Below, piece by piece: positions 1-10,846 of a stretch of DNA of 64,000 bases. The notes below the pieces were generated by a model that saw only the letters and a program-made list of their open reading frames with translations, had not been told where the DNA came from and searched no databases. Position 1 is the first letter of the stretch; each line of letters starts with the position of its first letter. Origin of the DNA: Podarcis erhardii (Eukaryota). The stretch lies in the NCBI GenBank assembly GCA_964252035.1, contig OZ176212.1, one strand, 5' to 3'. A program made the translations under genes and the position numbers.

Positions 1-271
1 TCATTCAGGTTGTCTATGAAATAAATTTCTATTAGGGTACAATAAAAATTCATATCCCATCTAGCACAGTGTGTTACATTTGCTACAACAGGCAGAAAAA
101 GTTAGTGGTCTGCCAAGACTCTCAACAGTTTTCAAGTGGTTTTTGAGTGGGGAAAAGTTGGGTAACCACTGGTGCAGTATTTTGTTTACTGAAGACAATA
201 TGCTTCTGATTGCCAGTTTCTGAAAACTGCAAGTTGGGAGAGTGCTGTAACGCTTCTGCTTTTAGACTATG

Positions 272-351
272 TTAGACTTCCTATAGGCATCTGGTTTGCT
301 ACTGTGGGAACAGGATGCTGAACTTAGATGGAACTTTGATCTTCAGCAGGG
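272..351. mobile_element. Degenerate squamate SINE/LINE-tail fragment
   Basis: Resembles the reverse complement of the common squamate repeat CTGCTGGATCAG..CCATCTAGTCCAGCATCCTGTT; a related degenerate copy lies at about 19075-19230 in the opposite orientation. Confidence 0.4.
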
Positions 352-364
352 GTGGGGGTGGGGG

Positions 365-365
<1 letters not shown>

Positions 366-409
<44 letters not shown>
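366..409. repeat. (TG)22 microsatellite
   Basis: Direct read. Confidence 0.98.
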
Positions 410-410
<1 letters not shown>

Positions 411-524
411 CACTATCCTAAAACCAGCACTTGAGGCTTGGATCTTAAGCCTTTCTATAAATTGTCAGCTGAGGAATGTCATGTTACAGTAGTTGTTATG
501 GACTGTGGGTAGCCAGTAGCTTTG

Positions 525-548
525 TGCTGCTGCTGCTGCTGCTGCTGC

Positions 549-581
<33 letters not shown>
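525..581. repeat. Compound microsatellite (TGC)9(GA)15
   Basis: Direct read; explains the polyL/(RE)n and polyS spurious ORFs. Confidence 0.97.
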
Positions 582-584
<3 letters not shown>

Positions 585-864
585 CTACATGCATCATGTG
601 TCCTCTCATTGTGTTTAACAAAATACAATTGGTACATATTAAAATATGGTTATTCTGCCTGTATTGAATAGTTTTTGTGCGCACATAAGCGCCCTACTGC
701 ACATTACATACATATTTACATAATTATACAAGAAGCAAAAGTAAGGATACTAGTTTACTGTGACTGCAAAGCCAGAATTCCATGAAATACCTAATTAAAC
801 CATGTAAATGTTTGATTCCCTGAAATTCACCTGGGTTTTTGGATGTGTACCCTATTCGGTAGTG

Positions 865-1044
865 CAGTGGACCCTCGGGTTGCGAACGTGATCCGTGCGG
901 GAGTGTTTACTAAACAATTTAGTGTTTCTGCACATGCACGAGTGTCGAAACCTGGAAGTAACCCGTTCCCGTACTTCCGGGTTTGGCGTGGTGCGCAACC
1001 CGAAAACGCGCAACCCGAAGTGTCTGTAACTCGAGGTATGACTG
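865..1044. mobile_element. Tc1/mariner (Tigger/pogo-like) MITE
   Basis: Imperfect TIRs CAGTGGACCCTCGGGTTGC / GTAACTCGAGGTATGACTG; TA at the right flank, TG at the left. Confidence 0.65.
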
Positions 1045-1364
1045 TAGTAATTATCTGAGGCAATACCACTCACATTGGATTAAGTATGTTTTGAAAATGG
1101 CTAAATAGGTTGATGGTCATTTCACAGATTGCTGAGGGGGTTGGGACTCAGAACAGGCGCAGGGTCTGTGGAGTAAGAATTGTTTGAAGAAACTGCCTTG
1201 CATGGCTACTGGAACTTTACTGCACTCCATTGCAAAGCTTTAAGCAGCTATTGCCATAATTTAAAAAAAAACCTGTTTTTCACAACCATGAGTTTTAGTA
1301 GCATTACAAAAGGGGGGAGGGTTCTTAGAATTATGGATGCAAGAGAAGTCTCATAGTTCATGTT

Positions 1365-1523
1365 ACAGATAGGTAGCCGTGTTGGTCTGCCATAGTCAAA
1401 ACAAAAATTTCCTTCCAGTAGCACCTTAAAGACCAACTAAGTTAGTTCTAGGTATGAGCTTTTGTGTGCATGCACACTTCTTCAGATACACAGTGTGCAT
1501 ACCTAGAACTAACTTAGTTGGTC
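1365..1523 (-). mobile_element. Penelope-like element pseudo-LTR insertion carrying a minimal hammerhead ribozyme (G12A mutant) and an inverted tail
   Basis: Flanking direct repeat GTCTCATAGTTCATGTT at 1348-1364 and 1521-1537; perfect 27-bp inverted repeat 1430-1456/1498-1524; minus strand reads GTAT-CTGAAGA-A-GTGTGCATGCACAC-AAAA-GCTC-ATAC. Confidence 0.75.
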
Positions 1524-2161
1524 TCATAGTTCATGTTGCTGCAGCCATGTACTAAACCAAGCATCTTTGCAGTGTAATTGCCGAGCAGTTAGAATGTGCT
1601 GGTGGGGCTTGGGAGCAATAGTGGCAGGTGATTAAAAAGGGGAAAGAGAGGAGTTTCAGAGTGAATGTCCTCCCGTGTGGACCAGCTACAAGATACGGTG
1701 TGACTTGTTGAGCTGTCAGTGCAAACACTCCATGTTGCAGGTTTTTATCGGATTATAAGGGCTAGAGCAGGGGTCTGTAACCTGTAGAATTTTAAGAGGG
1801 TACTTGTGGGCATTGTCACAAAATGACTGCCATGGAGAGTCATAAAATGGCTGCCATAAAATAGTTAATTACAAAATCTTGGGAGGTTCCAAACAAGGCT
1901 CCTCCCCTGCCCCAAACCTAGTGAAGCATGTGGGCCACACAAAGGGGACTGCATTCTATATCAGAAAGTTGTCAGCAGAGAATAGCACACACATACAATC
2001 CCTCCGCCACCTGAATGTGGAGTTAGCCTGAAGGAAAGCAAGTGGGACACACAGTTTGATAACTTATTAAGAACGGCTTTTTCTCTGATGGGACAGTGAG
2101 AAGAAATGAGGGCTGGGGAGGAAATAGCAGAAAGTGATAGAATGTTTCTTTCCAAAGCATA

Positions 2162-2529
2162 AAAGGTAAAGGTAAAGGTACCCCTGCCCGTACGGGCCAG
2201 TCGTGCCCGACTCTAGGGTTGCGCGCTCATCTTGCTTAAGAAGCCAGGAGCCAGCGCTGTCCGAAGACACTTCCGGGTCACGTGGCCAGCGTAATGAAGC
2301 TGCTCTGGTGAGCCAGCACCAGCGCAGCACACGGAAACGCCGTTTACCTTCCCGCTATAAAGTGGTACCTATTTATCTACTTGCACTTAGGGGTGCTTTC
2401 GAACTGCTAGGTGGGCAGGAGCTGGGACCGAAAGACGGGAGCTCACCCCGCCGGGGGGATTCGAACCGCCGACCATACAATCGGCAAGTCCTAGGCACTG
2501 AGGTTTTACCCACAGCGCCACCCGCGTCC
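2162..2529 (-). mobile_element. Sauria SINE, full length
   Basis: tRNA-like head at the right end, (ACCTTT)n tail at the left; direct repeat TCCAAAGCATA at 2151-2161 and 2527-2537 (target-site duplication). Confidence 0.92.
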
Positions 2530-2865
2530 AAAGCATAGTTCCTCCCAAATTCAGAAATAGGCTTCCAAGGAGTGTTACCATTTATGAGGAGCTTCATGCT
2601 GAGGGAAAGAAATGAATGCAATTCAGAACCAACACAAAAACTGAAAGGAGAGAGAAACATGTTGATTCTGGACTCAGCCATGCAGCTGCAAATTAAACGG
2701 TTATGTGTACTGTAAAGTGCAATATACAAATTAACAATAGATGATGACAGTGAGCTATGAGGACAGGAATTTAGCTCTTTCTTCAAAAATCCAAGTGTCC
2801 TCACATCACATGAATGGTCATTGCTATTCCGAAGTTTTAAGAGCACTTTCCTTTCCTTTTTTCAG

Positions 2866-2943
2866 AAATCCATGCAACAGGATTCAACTACCAAAACGAA
2901 GATGAGAAAGTGACTCTCTCTTTTCCCAGCACACTTCAAAAAG
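2866..2943 (+). CDS. NPEPPS: NPEPPS coding exon 3
   Basis: ttcag|AAATCC...AAAAG|gtaaag; 78 nt; (E)IHATGFNYQNEDEKVTLSFPSTLQK(G), matches vertebrate puromycin-sensitive aminopeptidase. Confidence 0.95.
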
Positions 2944-5900
2944 GTAAAGGTTTCTCTACAAATGTTGGTTTAGAAGCTAGATGGCTCAGTAGAGGTCCAA
3001 AACATTTTGCACCTCATCCCCAGGGTATGATTTTCTTCTGTTGGAATATCCTTTTGAAAACTCATCCTTCCCTGTATTTCTCAAGATGTTGGTAACTGAA
3101 CCAAATAGAATCCAGTTTCTTAAAGCTCAAGAAACTTTCCAAAAATATTTAAAACATTTTCATATGAATTTGAATGGGATTGAAGTACAGTTAATCTAGT
3201 CTGGATCCAATTTAGTAACTGTCCCTCTGTAGGAGTTTATGTGCACTATTCGTCATGCTGTGCCAATTCATTACAAAGTAGAAGTAGATTAAATTCATGT
3301 TGAGTGACTCTTCTGACCAGGTTTGGGCTTTGTATAGTAATGTGATATGCTAGTCTTCATGCCTGTCTTTGTAATAATGTTGGCTTTACGCCACCCACAC
3401 TTCTGATTGTAGCCACATATATACATCTGTATGTCAGCTGAAGGATAACACTTTGTACAACTGGCAAAGTGGGCTCTGGTCCACAGATGCTGTGTCACAA
3501 TATATTTTAATCTGTGTGTGCTACCAGATTCCGGCGTGTTTCCTGCTGTTTGCTAACACTCCAGTCCTTCTGGGAATGCTAATACTAGTCCAGGCATCAT
3601 AGATGCTACTACACAGAAGCTACTACACAGAATAAGAAAGGAACTGAAATTAAAATAACGTATGTCAACAAGCACAGAATATGTCAACGAGCACCGAAAT
3701 TCAATACTGAGCCGAATGAAGAGGGATTTTGTCACAACTTTTGCAAACATTTGCTCATGGTGGCAGAAGTGGAGTGTTGAGAAACTGAGAGCAAATAAAA
3801 ACTCTCACCTAAAACAAAGAATAAACATCGTTTTCAGTTACGCATAAAGAAACTTTGCTTATGAAAACCAATGAAATGCTATGCATAGTATATGTTGCTA
3901 ACCCCCAAAACTATAATAACTGCAAGCCTAGTTAGAGATCTTGCAGTATTGTGTAGCAACAGGTTACAGGTGATCAATAATTCCCCCCTGGAAACTCCCC
4001 TTCAATATGTACTGTTACCTACCCTGTTTTGTCATCATTTCATATATTCCCTTCCCCCTCTCCTACTTCATACCTTTGCCTTCTGCTTATGTGAGATGAT
4101 CATGGAAAAAAACTAATGTTTTCTTTGCCTCACCAAGACAGTCTGTTCTGTGGGGCAAGTTAATGTCCATTGTGGTGAATATGACACAGGTTAAGCAATA
4201 GTACACATTCTGGAGGGGATAAATCAACATGAGAATACTGTCTTGAACAGAAGCCTTATTGCAGTCTTTTTCCTCCCCCCCCCTCCCCAGTCTTAACATA
4301 TAGTTGGCCTCCAAAAAGCTGTCATTATCACCTTGGTTTATGAAGCTGGCTTGCTTTCACTAAAGCATAATTATTGTTAACCATAGTTTAGTGCTTGGAT
4401 GATATGCCAAACTGCAGTTTATGTAAAGTGGAAGCAGAGGCTTACAATATCTTCCTTATGGTTGCACTGAGGGAATGGGGGGGGGAGAGCATGGAAGCTC
4501 TGGGAAAGCTGGTTTAGCAGAAAGACCGAATGCAGCCATTGGACTCTGGTGAGCTGCTTCAGCACACTGTTCTGTGTTCTGCCTTGGGGTTGGGCATGAT
4601 GAGGTAGAGGTTGATGCTTCTTGAACTATTCAGTTTTATTCATGATATTATTCTAGAATAATTAAATTTCACTTTGATGGGTACTTTTAATGGGTAGTTG
4701 ATGAGCTTCACTTTTCAAAAGTAGGTGATGGTATGAGTTGTGATGAGTGGCAGAATGAATATGACCGACAGAATTATTTGGTGTTCATCATCAGCAAAAC
4801 GTGGTGTGGGAACATTTGCCATGTGCTTCTCTGTTTGGAGCTGGAGGCAGATGAGCTATTTATGCTAGACAGATCTGTTTGTTGGTACCCATAAAGTGTT
4901 CAGCTGAACTTTGGTTAGTGCTGCTTCAGGCATTTAATGCACAACTGCTGGTCAAGTTAGGCTACAATCAGCACTGAAACTTTACACACTGCTTTGAAAA
5001 TTAGTTTAAAAAAACAAAGCTCCTAAATGCTCTGCTGTGTAAACAAATAATTTTAGCTTGTTCCAGACATTATTTTGCTGTATTCGGCAACATACAAAGA
5101 TGGCATTGTCAGTTTTATTCCTACCCCCCCCCCCCCAAATCCAGAATGCTGGTCAAATTTTACTAATGATATTTAATCAGCAGGTATCTAATTTGCTGGT
5201 CTGGAATAGCTTCTAAAACTTAAAGCTTCACTCAGGCCTGGAAAAACAACCCTAAATTATTGTGCTGTTATCAAACATTTTAGATGCCAGGATAAATGGG
5301 CATCTCAGAGTTCTGTGCTCTGTTTTCCATCTCTGCTTTTAAGTGATACATCATACTCTTTCCTCTGAGTTCAGCTCATCTGTGTGACTTCAGCTTCTTC
5401 CCTGCCATCTTATGCCGTGGAATAGCTTAACATGGAACAACAGAGTTCTCTTTATTCACCATGTTGTGTTCTTCCCCTAGGTGTGCTTCTGCAGCAAAAC
5501 ATTTTTTTGAGTTGCCCAGGACTTCTATGACAAGCTCTTTTTACTGCTGCTTGGCTCTAGTTCCATCCCTGCCTCCTATCTCCAAGTCCAAATTCCTACT
5601 TTGCTTAACTAATCTAGGTTAGAAGTCTTCAGGGCTTGGACTTCACATACAATTTGATTTTGCTGTATTAATATGTAATGATGGTGTTAAGGTTGTGAAG
5701 CCCTAACCTCCCAGCCCTAGCATCCTTACCACAGCACCCTTGCATTAATCCACGTAATCCTGATCTGCAACAAGAGAGGATGTGCCATTTACACTAGATA
5801 AATGGCATCCTAATTGGAATATGCTTGAAACGTATTCCATCTCAAGGCATTTGGAGAGGGAACAGCTTATTCCAAAGGGACAACAAAGAGTCCAAACACC

Positions 5901-5979
5901 TTTGCCCATTTGAATATTCTGGATGGAGCACATCCACACAGCAAGTCTTCATAAACTTTCTTCCTCTTTTTAATCATAG

Positions 5980-6101
5980 GAATGGGGACGTTAAAAATAG
6001 ATTTTGTTGGAGAGCTGAATGATAAAATGAAAGGCTTCTATCGAAGTAAATACACCACCCCTTCTGGAGATACTCGCTACGCTGCTGTTACTCAGTTTGA
6101 G
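5980..6101 (+). CDS. NPEPPS: NPEPPS coding exon 4
   Basis: catag|GAATG...TTTGAG|gtatgg; 122 nt; (G)MGTLKIDFVGELNDKMKGFYRSKYTTPSGDTRYAAVTQFE. Confidence 0.97.
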
Positions 6102-7427
6102 GTATGGACTCCTATGATTTGTGGTCTACCATTTCCATTAATGCTTTCATTGGAAGTAGCATGTCTTGTGCATGTACCTTAGAATCTCTAACAAGACAAT
6201 TGTGTACTTTCTTAGCTGTAGCTAATTTGCTGTTGCCTCTTTAGAAATCCACCTGTTTCCATTTCTTGTCAATGAAGCAGAAGGCACTCAGTATAAATAT
6301 TACTTAATCTGTGATCTAGTAGCGGGAAGAGCTTTAGGTAATAAACAGTATTTTGGAAAGGGCTAAAATTTACTGATAGTCCTTGTTGTAAACTGTGTGT
6401 CTCTCCCCCCACTCCCCAATATTTAATTTTTTTAACAGAAGCCTGGGAGATGGAAAGAGTTGTCCAAGAGTTAATATTTGGTTATGTGTAGGGGTGAGAC
6501 AGGAAGCCTACTGGAAAAGCCCCACCTGAAACCTTGCTTGGTTTCTGACCCTTTACCAGAAACTGTTCAGGGTTTTTTTTGTAATTGATCCGCATCCACT
6601 ATCTATGTGGAATAAGTGGATAATGCTTTTGATTTAAACCTTGGAAGAATTATTTCAGTCATTGATTGGCTGATGAACCAAGGCCTGATTGGCCCTGAAT
6701 AAGTTACAAGCTGTGTCTGTTTGTTTGTGTCTGTAAAATGGCTTCCTAATAACCTTCCTCACATTGAAAGGACAAGGATTGAAACGAATTTTGTACACCA
6801 AGGGAGTAGCAGTCCATGGGGTGTTGTTGTTCAGCTGGCTTCCAAATACTGAGCATAGCTGCCAGTTCCTCAGAGGGGAGGGGTGTGGCCCCAGCACTAA
6901 TCTGACCCTCCTGCTTCTGCACCTGCAGTGCACTTGCTCACCTCACCCACGCTCCTCTCAAAAAGCAGTAACAACACTGCAACAAGCTGGTGACTAGCGC
7001 ATGCCTTGCTTGTACCACTTCACTGACTGCTACTGCACCAAATATATAATAGAAAAGAGCTTATTAATAAGAACCGTCAGGGATAGAAGCAAAATACAAT
7101 AGCCGCCAAGTAGAATTATTATGCCTCTCCAAATTTTATGCTTCCGGTCTTCTTCAAATTTAATGGCTGTCAGTGTAGTTTTGTGCATGCTCCTTGAATA
7201 CCTGTATCCCCCCCCCCCCTCATTTCCTTGGATCTTTCTTTTCATTTGCCTTCCTGTTCCCCGTTGTTGGTCTGCAGTGCATTTCTGTGTTCCTCTGTCC
7301 AGGTTATCTAAAGACTGTATTCTACTTAGAAAATGTAGCTTTTTGGATTTAAGGTCTGTTCTTGCATGGTACTGTCAGGAATTCACCCTCACTTGCTTTG
7401 GCTAGTTAATGTTCTTATTTCTTTCAG

Positions 7428-7535
7428 GCTACAGATGCTCGTAGGGCCTTTCCTTGCTGGGATGAGCCGGCCATCAAGGCAACTTTTGATATCTCATTGG
7501 TGGTTCCTAAAGAAAGGGTAGCTTTGTCAAATATG
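7428..7535 (+). CDS. NPEPPS: NPEPPS coding exon 5
   Basis: ttcag|GCTACA...AATATG|gtaagt; 108 nt; [36 protein letters not shown] (M1 peptidase [11 protein letters not shown] motif). Confidence 0.97.
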
Positions 7536-9065
7536 GTAAGTGTTACTTATAATCTTGATTTACCTGTGTATGGGAAATAGCATTATCTGAATGTTTGACC
7601 CAGCAGGGTAATAAATGGGCATTGTAAGGAGGATAAATTTCTAAGTATGTGGTCACTATTAATTGATAGATAAACAAATCAGCACTGTTGCTAGAACTGC
7701 ATGTGACACAAGCTTCACTATGATACTGTAGTTGTGGCGATGCCATCAAGAAGATCTGAGACAATGGGTTGTATCAAACACCATTCGGAGTAGACTGTTT
7801 GAAATTAATGGACATGGTTAACTTAGATACATTAGTTTCAGTGGGTCTAATATGAGTATGATAAATTCTTTTTACAACCAGTTAGGGATTCTATGTACAA
7901 TAAAGCAGTATGTATATGATTTAAAAACAAACAAAATAAAGCCAATACTTCTAAATGTATGTCTTCTATGCTATTTAACTATATGTGTGTTAGACTCAGT
8001 ATGATATAATGTGAATGTTCAGACTTTAACACCCCGAAATGGTTTATTTTCTTACTAGTTAGCTTATATGAGTGAACTGTTAAGCTATAATTTTCAGAGA
8101 ATGAGGAAGTAGATAGGAATGACTGTGCATGAAAGACTAGTGGCTAGAAAGACTCCATGAGAGACTGAGGCCTTTTGTGGCTTGTTCATGTAAAGCGAAA
8201 CCATGGTTGGTCATTGTATATAAATAGGCATGATGGTTACCTCTGGTATTATATCATGGTTTGTTGACTTAACCCTAGTTAAAAACTTGAATGCGTCTTG
8301 AAATAAATCTTCAAGCATGCTCCTGAGGAAGAACTTGTTTGGGCTAAATAAACTTTTTTTCTTGTGCACCTAGAGGTTCTTTCCTTTTTCCAATCTAAGC
8401 CTGAAGAGCTTGTATGTCCATTTGTTCTCTTGCAGGCAGAGGAGCAGGAAATGCTGTCTATTTCAAACAATTAGCCCAGTTCACATGCCATAAATCACGG
8501 TTTGCAAGCCTGTTTAGTGTGGTTCTGAGCAAACCTAGAATTCTTGGTTTACAGCAACTCTAACCAAGGTTGATGTAGAAATAATACTGAACTATGGTTA
8601 ACAGCAACCTAGGGGGAAATGGGTGGGGAGGCAAGAGCATGCAGGATAGTAGTTGGCAATCTAAATAGTACGAGGATCAAGAAATTAAGATGTTGGTGTT
8701 TACGGAGGCTGGAAATTGTCTTCATGACCTTTCTTACATCCCAGTTGCATTGGTAATGGGTAAAACAAGAACTGGAGATGTGGACCCTGTTGCCGCCCCG
8801 CCCCCCCGCTTTTTCATAATGGCAGAAAGAAATGGCAGTTTTCGCAACTTGGCAGAAAGCAAGGAGATGGATATGATAGAACGAGATTAGGGAAACTGCA
8901 CAGAAAGGAAAAGAGCAAGTTAATGAGACTCGTTTCACACATCTGTTCGATACTGCAAAATAGCACAGGAAATACCAGCCCTGATCTCTCCTGCAATCTC
9001 GTGAAATCTGGTGATGCTTCAAAGCCAATCTAACAAGTCTCTTCCAAACATCTTTCCTTGGAAAG

Positions 9066-9266
9066 AATGTCACTGATCGGAGGCCCTACCCTGATGATGA
9101 AAACCTGGTGGAAGTGAAATTTGCCCGAACTCCTGTGATGTCAACATATCTTGTTGCTTTTGTGGTTGGAGAATATGACTTCGTTGAGACCAGGTCCACT
9201 GATGGCGTGTTAGTCCGTGTTTACACTCCAGTTGGCAAAGCAGAACAAGGAAAGTTTGCATTAGAG
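9066..9266 (+). CDS. NPEPPS: NPEPPS coding exon 6
   Basis: ggaaag|AATGTC...TTAGAG|gtaaag; 201 nt; NVTDRRPYPDDENLVEVKFARTPVMSTYLVAFVVGEYDFVETRSTDGVLVRVYTPVGKAEQGKFALE. Confidence 0.96.
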
Positions 9267-9572
9267 GTAAAGCATGCTTCCATATCTTTCAGTAACTTTG
9301 ACAGTGCCCCTGCTTTTGACTTGAAATATTTTAATATTATTTGCACTTTCTTGCTTCAGTTGCTTAGCTGCCATTCCTGTGTTAAATTGAAGAAAATCTA
9401 AAAAAAGAAAGAAACTTAGATGCATTTGCTTAATGCAGGGAGCTTCTTGACAATACACATGGTTGTTTGAGTGTAAAAGGTCCCAGGTTTAATCCCTGGC
9501 ATCTTCAGGTAAGCCTGAAGAGGACCCATGTCTGAAACACTGGAGAGCTGCTGCTGGTCAGTGTAGACAATA

Positions 9573-9815
9573 CATAGTCAAACCTTGGTTTTCAAACGTC
9601 TCAGCTGCCGAATGTTTCGGAAGCTGAATGCCAAAAACATGGAAGTGAATGCTTCCGTTTTTGAACGTGCCTTAGAAGTTGAACGGCTTCCGAGGCGTGT
9701 TTCTCAATTTTCCTCATTGAACTTGCTGACAGCCCTTTGATCCTCAGTTTCCGAACGTTTTGGAAGTCAAACGGACTTCCAGAATGGATTACGTTCGAAA
9801 ACCGAGGTTCCACTG
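9573..9815. mobile_element. Tc1/mariner (Tigger-like) MITE
   Basis: TIR-like ends (CATA)GTCAAACCTTGGTTTTCAAACGT / ACGTTCGAAAACCGAGGTTCCACTG; TA at 9571-9572 and 9816-9817. Confidence 0.8.
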
Positions 9816-9828
9816 TATTAGCCTAGAT

Positions 9829-9965
9829 CAGGCATAGGCAAACTCAGCCCTCCAAATGTTTTGGGACTACAGCTCCCATGACCCCTAGCTAACAGGACCA
9901 GTGGTCAGGGATGATGGGAATGGTAGTCCCAAAAACATCTGGAGGGCTGAGTTTGAGGAAGCCTG
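9829..9965. mobile_element. hAT-family palindromic MITE
   Basis: Perfect 8-bp TSD GCCTAGAT (9821-9828, 9966-9973); TIRs CAGGCATAGGCAAACTC / GAGTTTGAGGAAGCCTG; internal inverted arms GGGACTAC..TCCCATGA / TGATGGGA..GTAGTCCC. Confidence 0.88.
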
Positions 9966-10610
9966 GCCTAGATGAATTTTGCATAAGGCCTGACTTGGGC
10001 AGCTTCTGATGTTCATGCTGTGGCAGGGGGAACTTTGTTTTCCAGGCACTGGTTGGAAGTAGGGTGTACATTGTCACCTAAGCTGAACAACTTATAAATG
10101 GTTAGCTCCATAATATTTTAGCGTCACCTAATTATTCAGGCTTCAGAGATTTACAGCTTGTGTGACTGGGTGGAGCTGGGGAAGAGATGAAGTGATAAAT
10201 TGTGAACTTTATGTTAAACATTTTTTTCCTTATGGGTAAAACTGTGGATACACATACTTCTTCAAATTTGATTAGGTATGTCCCTGGGGGCAGATAAAAT
10301 GGCTTTAAAACCCTTACGCCTGTCCCCTGGGCAACCATTAAGTCCTCTTTGGTGCAGGGTTTAGATAGTTTTGGAATTTGTTCAGGCCTCTCTTTTTTGC
10401 AGATATTCATCAGAACACGCGTGTTCCTTTATGTAAACATGTTGTGTGTGTAGATTTGGCAAAGGCCAGAGTTGACATAGTTTTAACAACAACTGCAGTT
10501 GGCTTAGGAGTAAAAGTTAAAGCACAATGTCTTAAAGTCAGTTAACAGGTCTTCTTTATTTTGACTTAACACACCATGCTCTCTATCATTTTTCTGCTTT
10601 CCCCCCATAG

Positions 10611-10707
10611 GTTGCTGCTAAAACGCTGCCTTTTTATAAGGATTACTTCAATGTTCCTTACCCTCTCCCTAAAATTGATCTCATAGCTATTGCAGACTTT
10701 GCAGCTG
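10611..10707 (+). CDS. NPEPPS: NPEPPS coding exon 7
   Basis: catag|GTTGCT...GCAGCTG|gtaaag; 97 nt; VAAKTLPFYKDYFNVPYPLPKIDLIAIADFAA(G). Confidence 0.97.
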
Positions 10708-10812
10708 GTAAAGTATTTTGTGTTACCTCTGAGTTTTATTTGAATTGTAAAACATTTTAGGAGATGGTTGTGTGTATCAATATCAATAAACCTTTGTATT
10801 TATTTTATAAAG

Positions 10813-10846
10813 GTGCCATGGAGAACTGGGGCCTTGTTACTTATAG
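10813..10846 (+). CDS. NPEPPS: NPEPPS coding exon 8 (34 nt, GAMEN motif)
   Basis: taaag|GTGCCATGGAGAAC...TATAG|gtatgc; (G)AMENWGLVTY(R); exopeptidase GAMEN motif of M1 aminopeptidases. Confidence 0.96.

Larger units (their letters stand above)
9438..10017 (+). mobile_element. tRNA-derived SINE interrupted by two nested DNA-transposon MITEs
   Basis: Body GGTCCCAGGTTTAATCCCTGGCATCTTCAGG...GTGTAGACAATA; tail GGCAGCTTCTGATGTTCATG resumes after the inserts; same family as 47951-48098. Confidence 0.7.

Noticed and set aside
2203-2846. ORFs of 111-157 aa overlapping Sauria SINEs (also 31983-32363)
   Set aside because: Translations of non-coding SINE sequence, recurring in each copy, with no protein family resemblance
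1-2865. NPEPPS exons 1-2
   Set aside because: No sequence encoding the expected VRQATNQIVMNCADIDI-like peptide was found; they must lie upstream of the window
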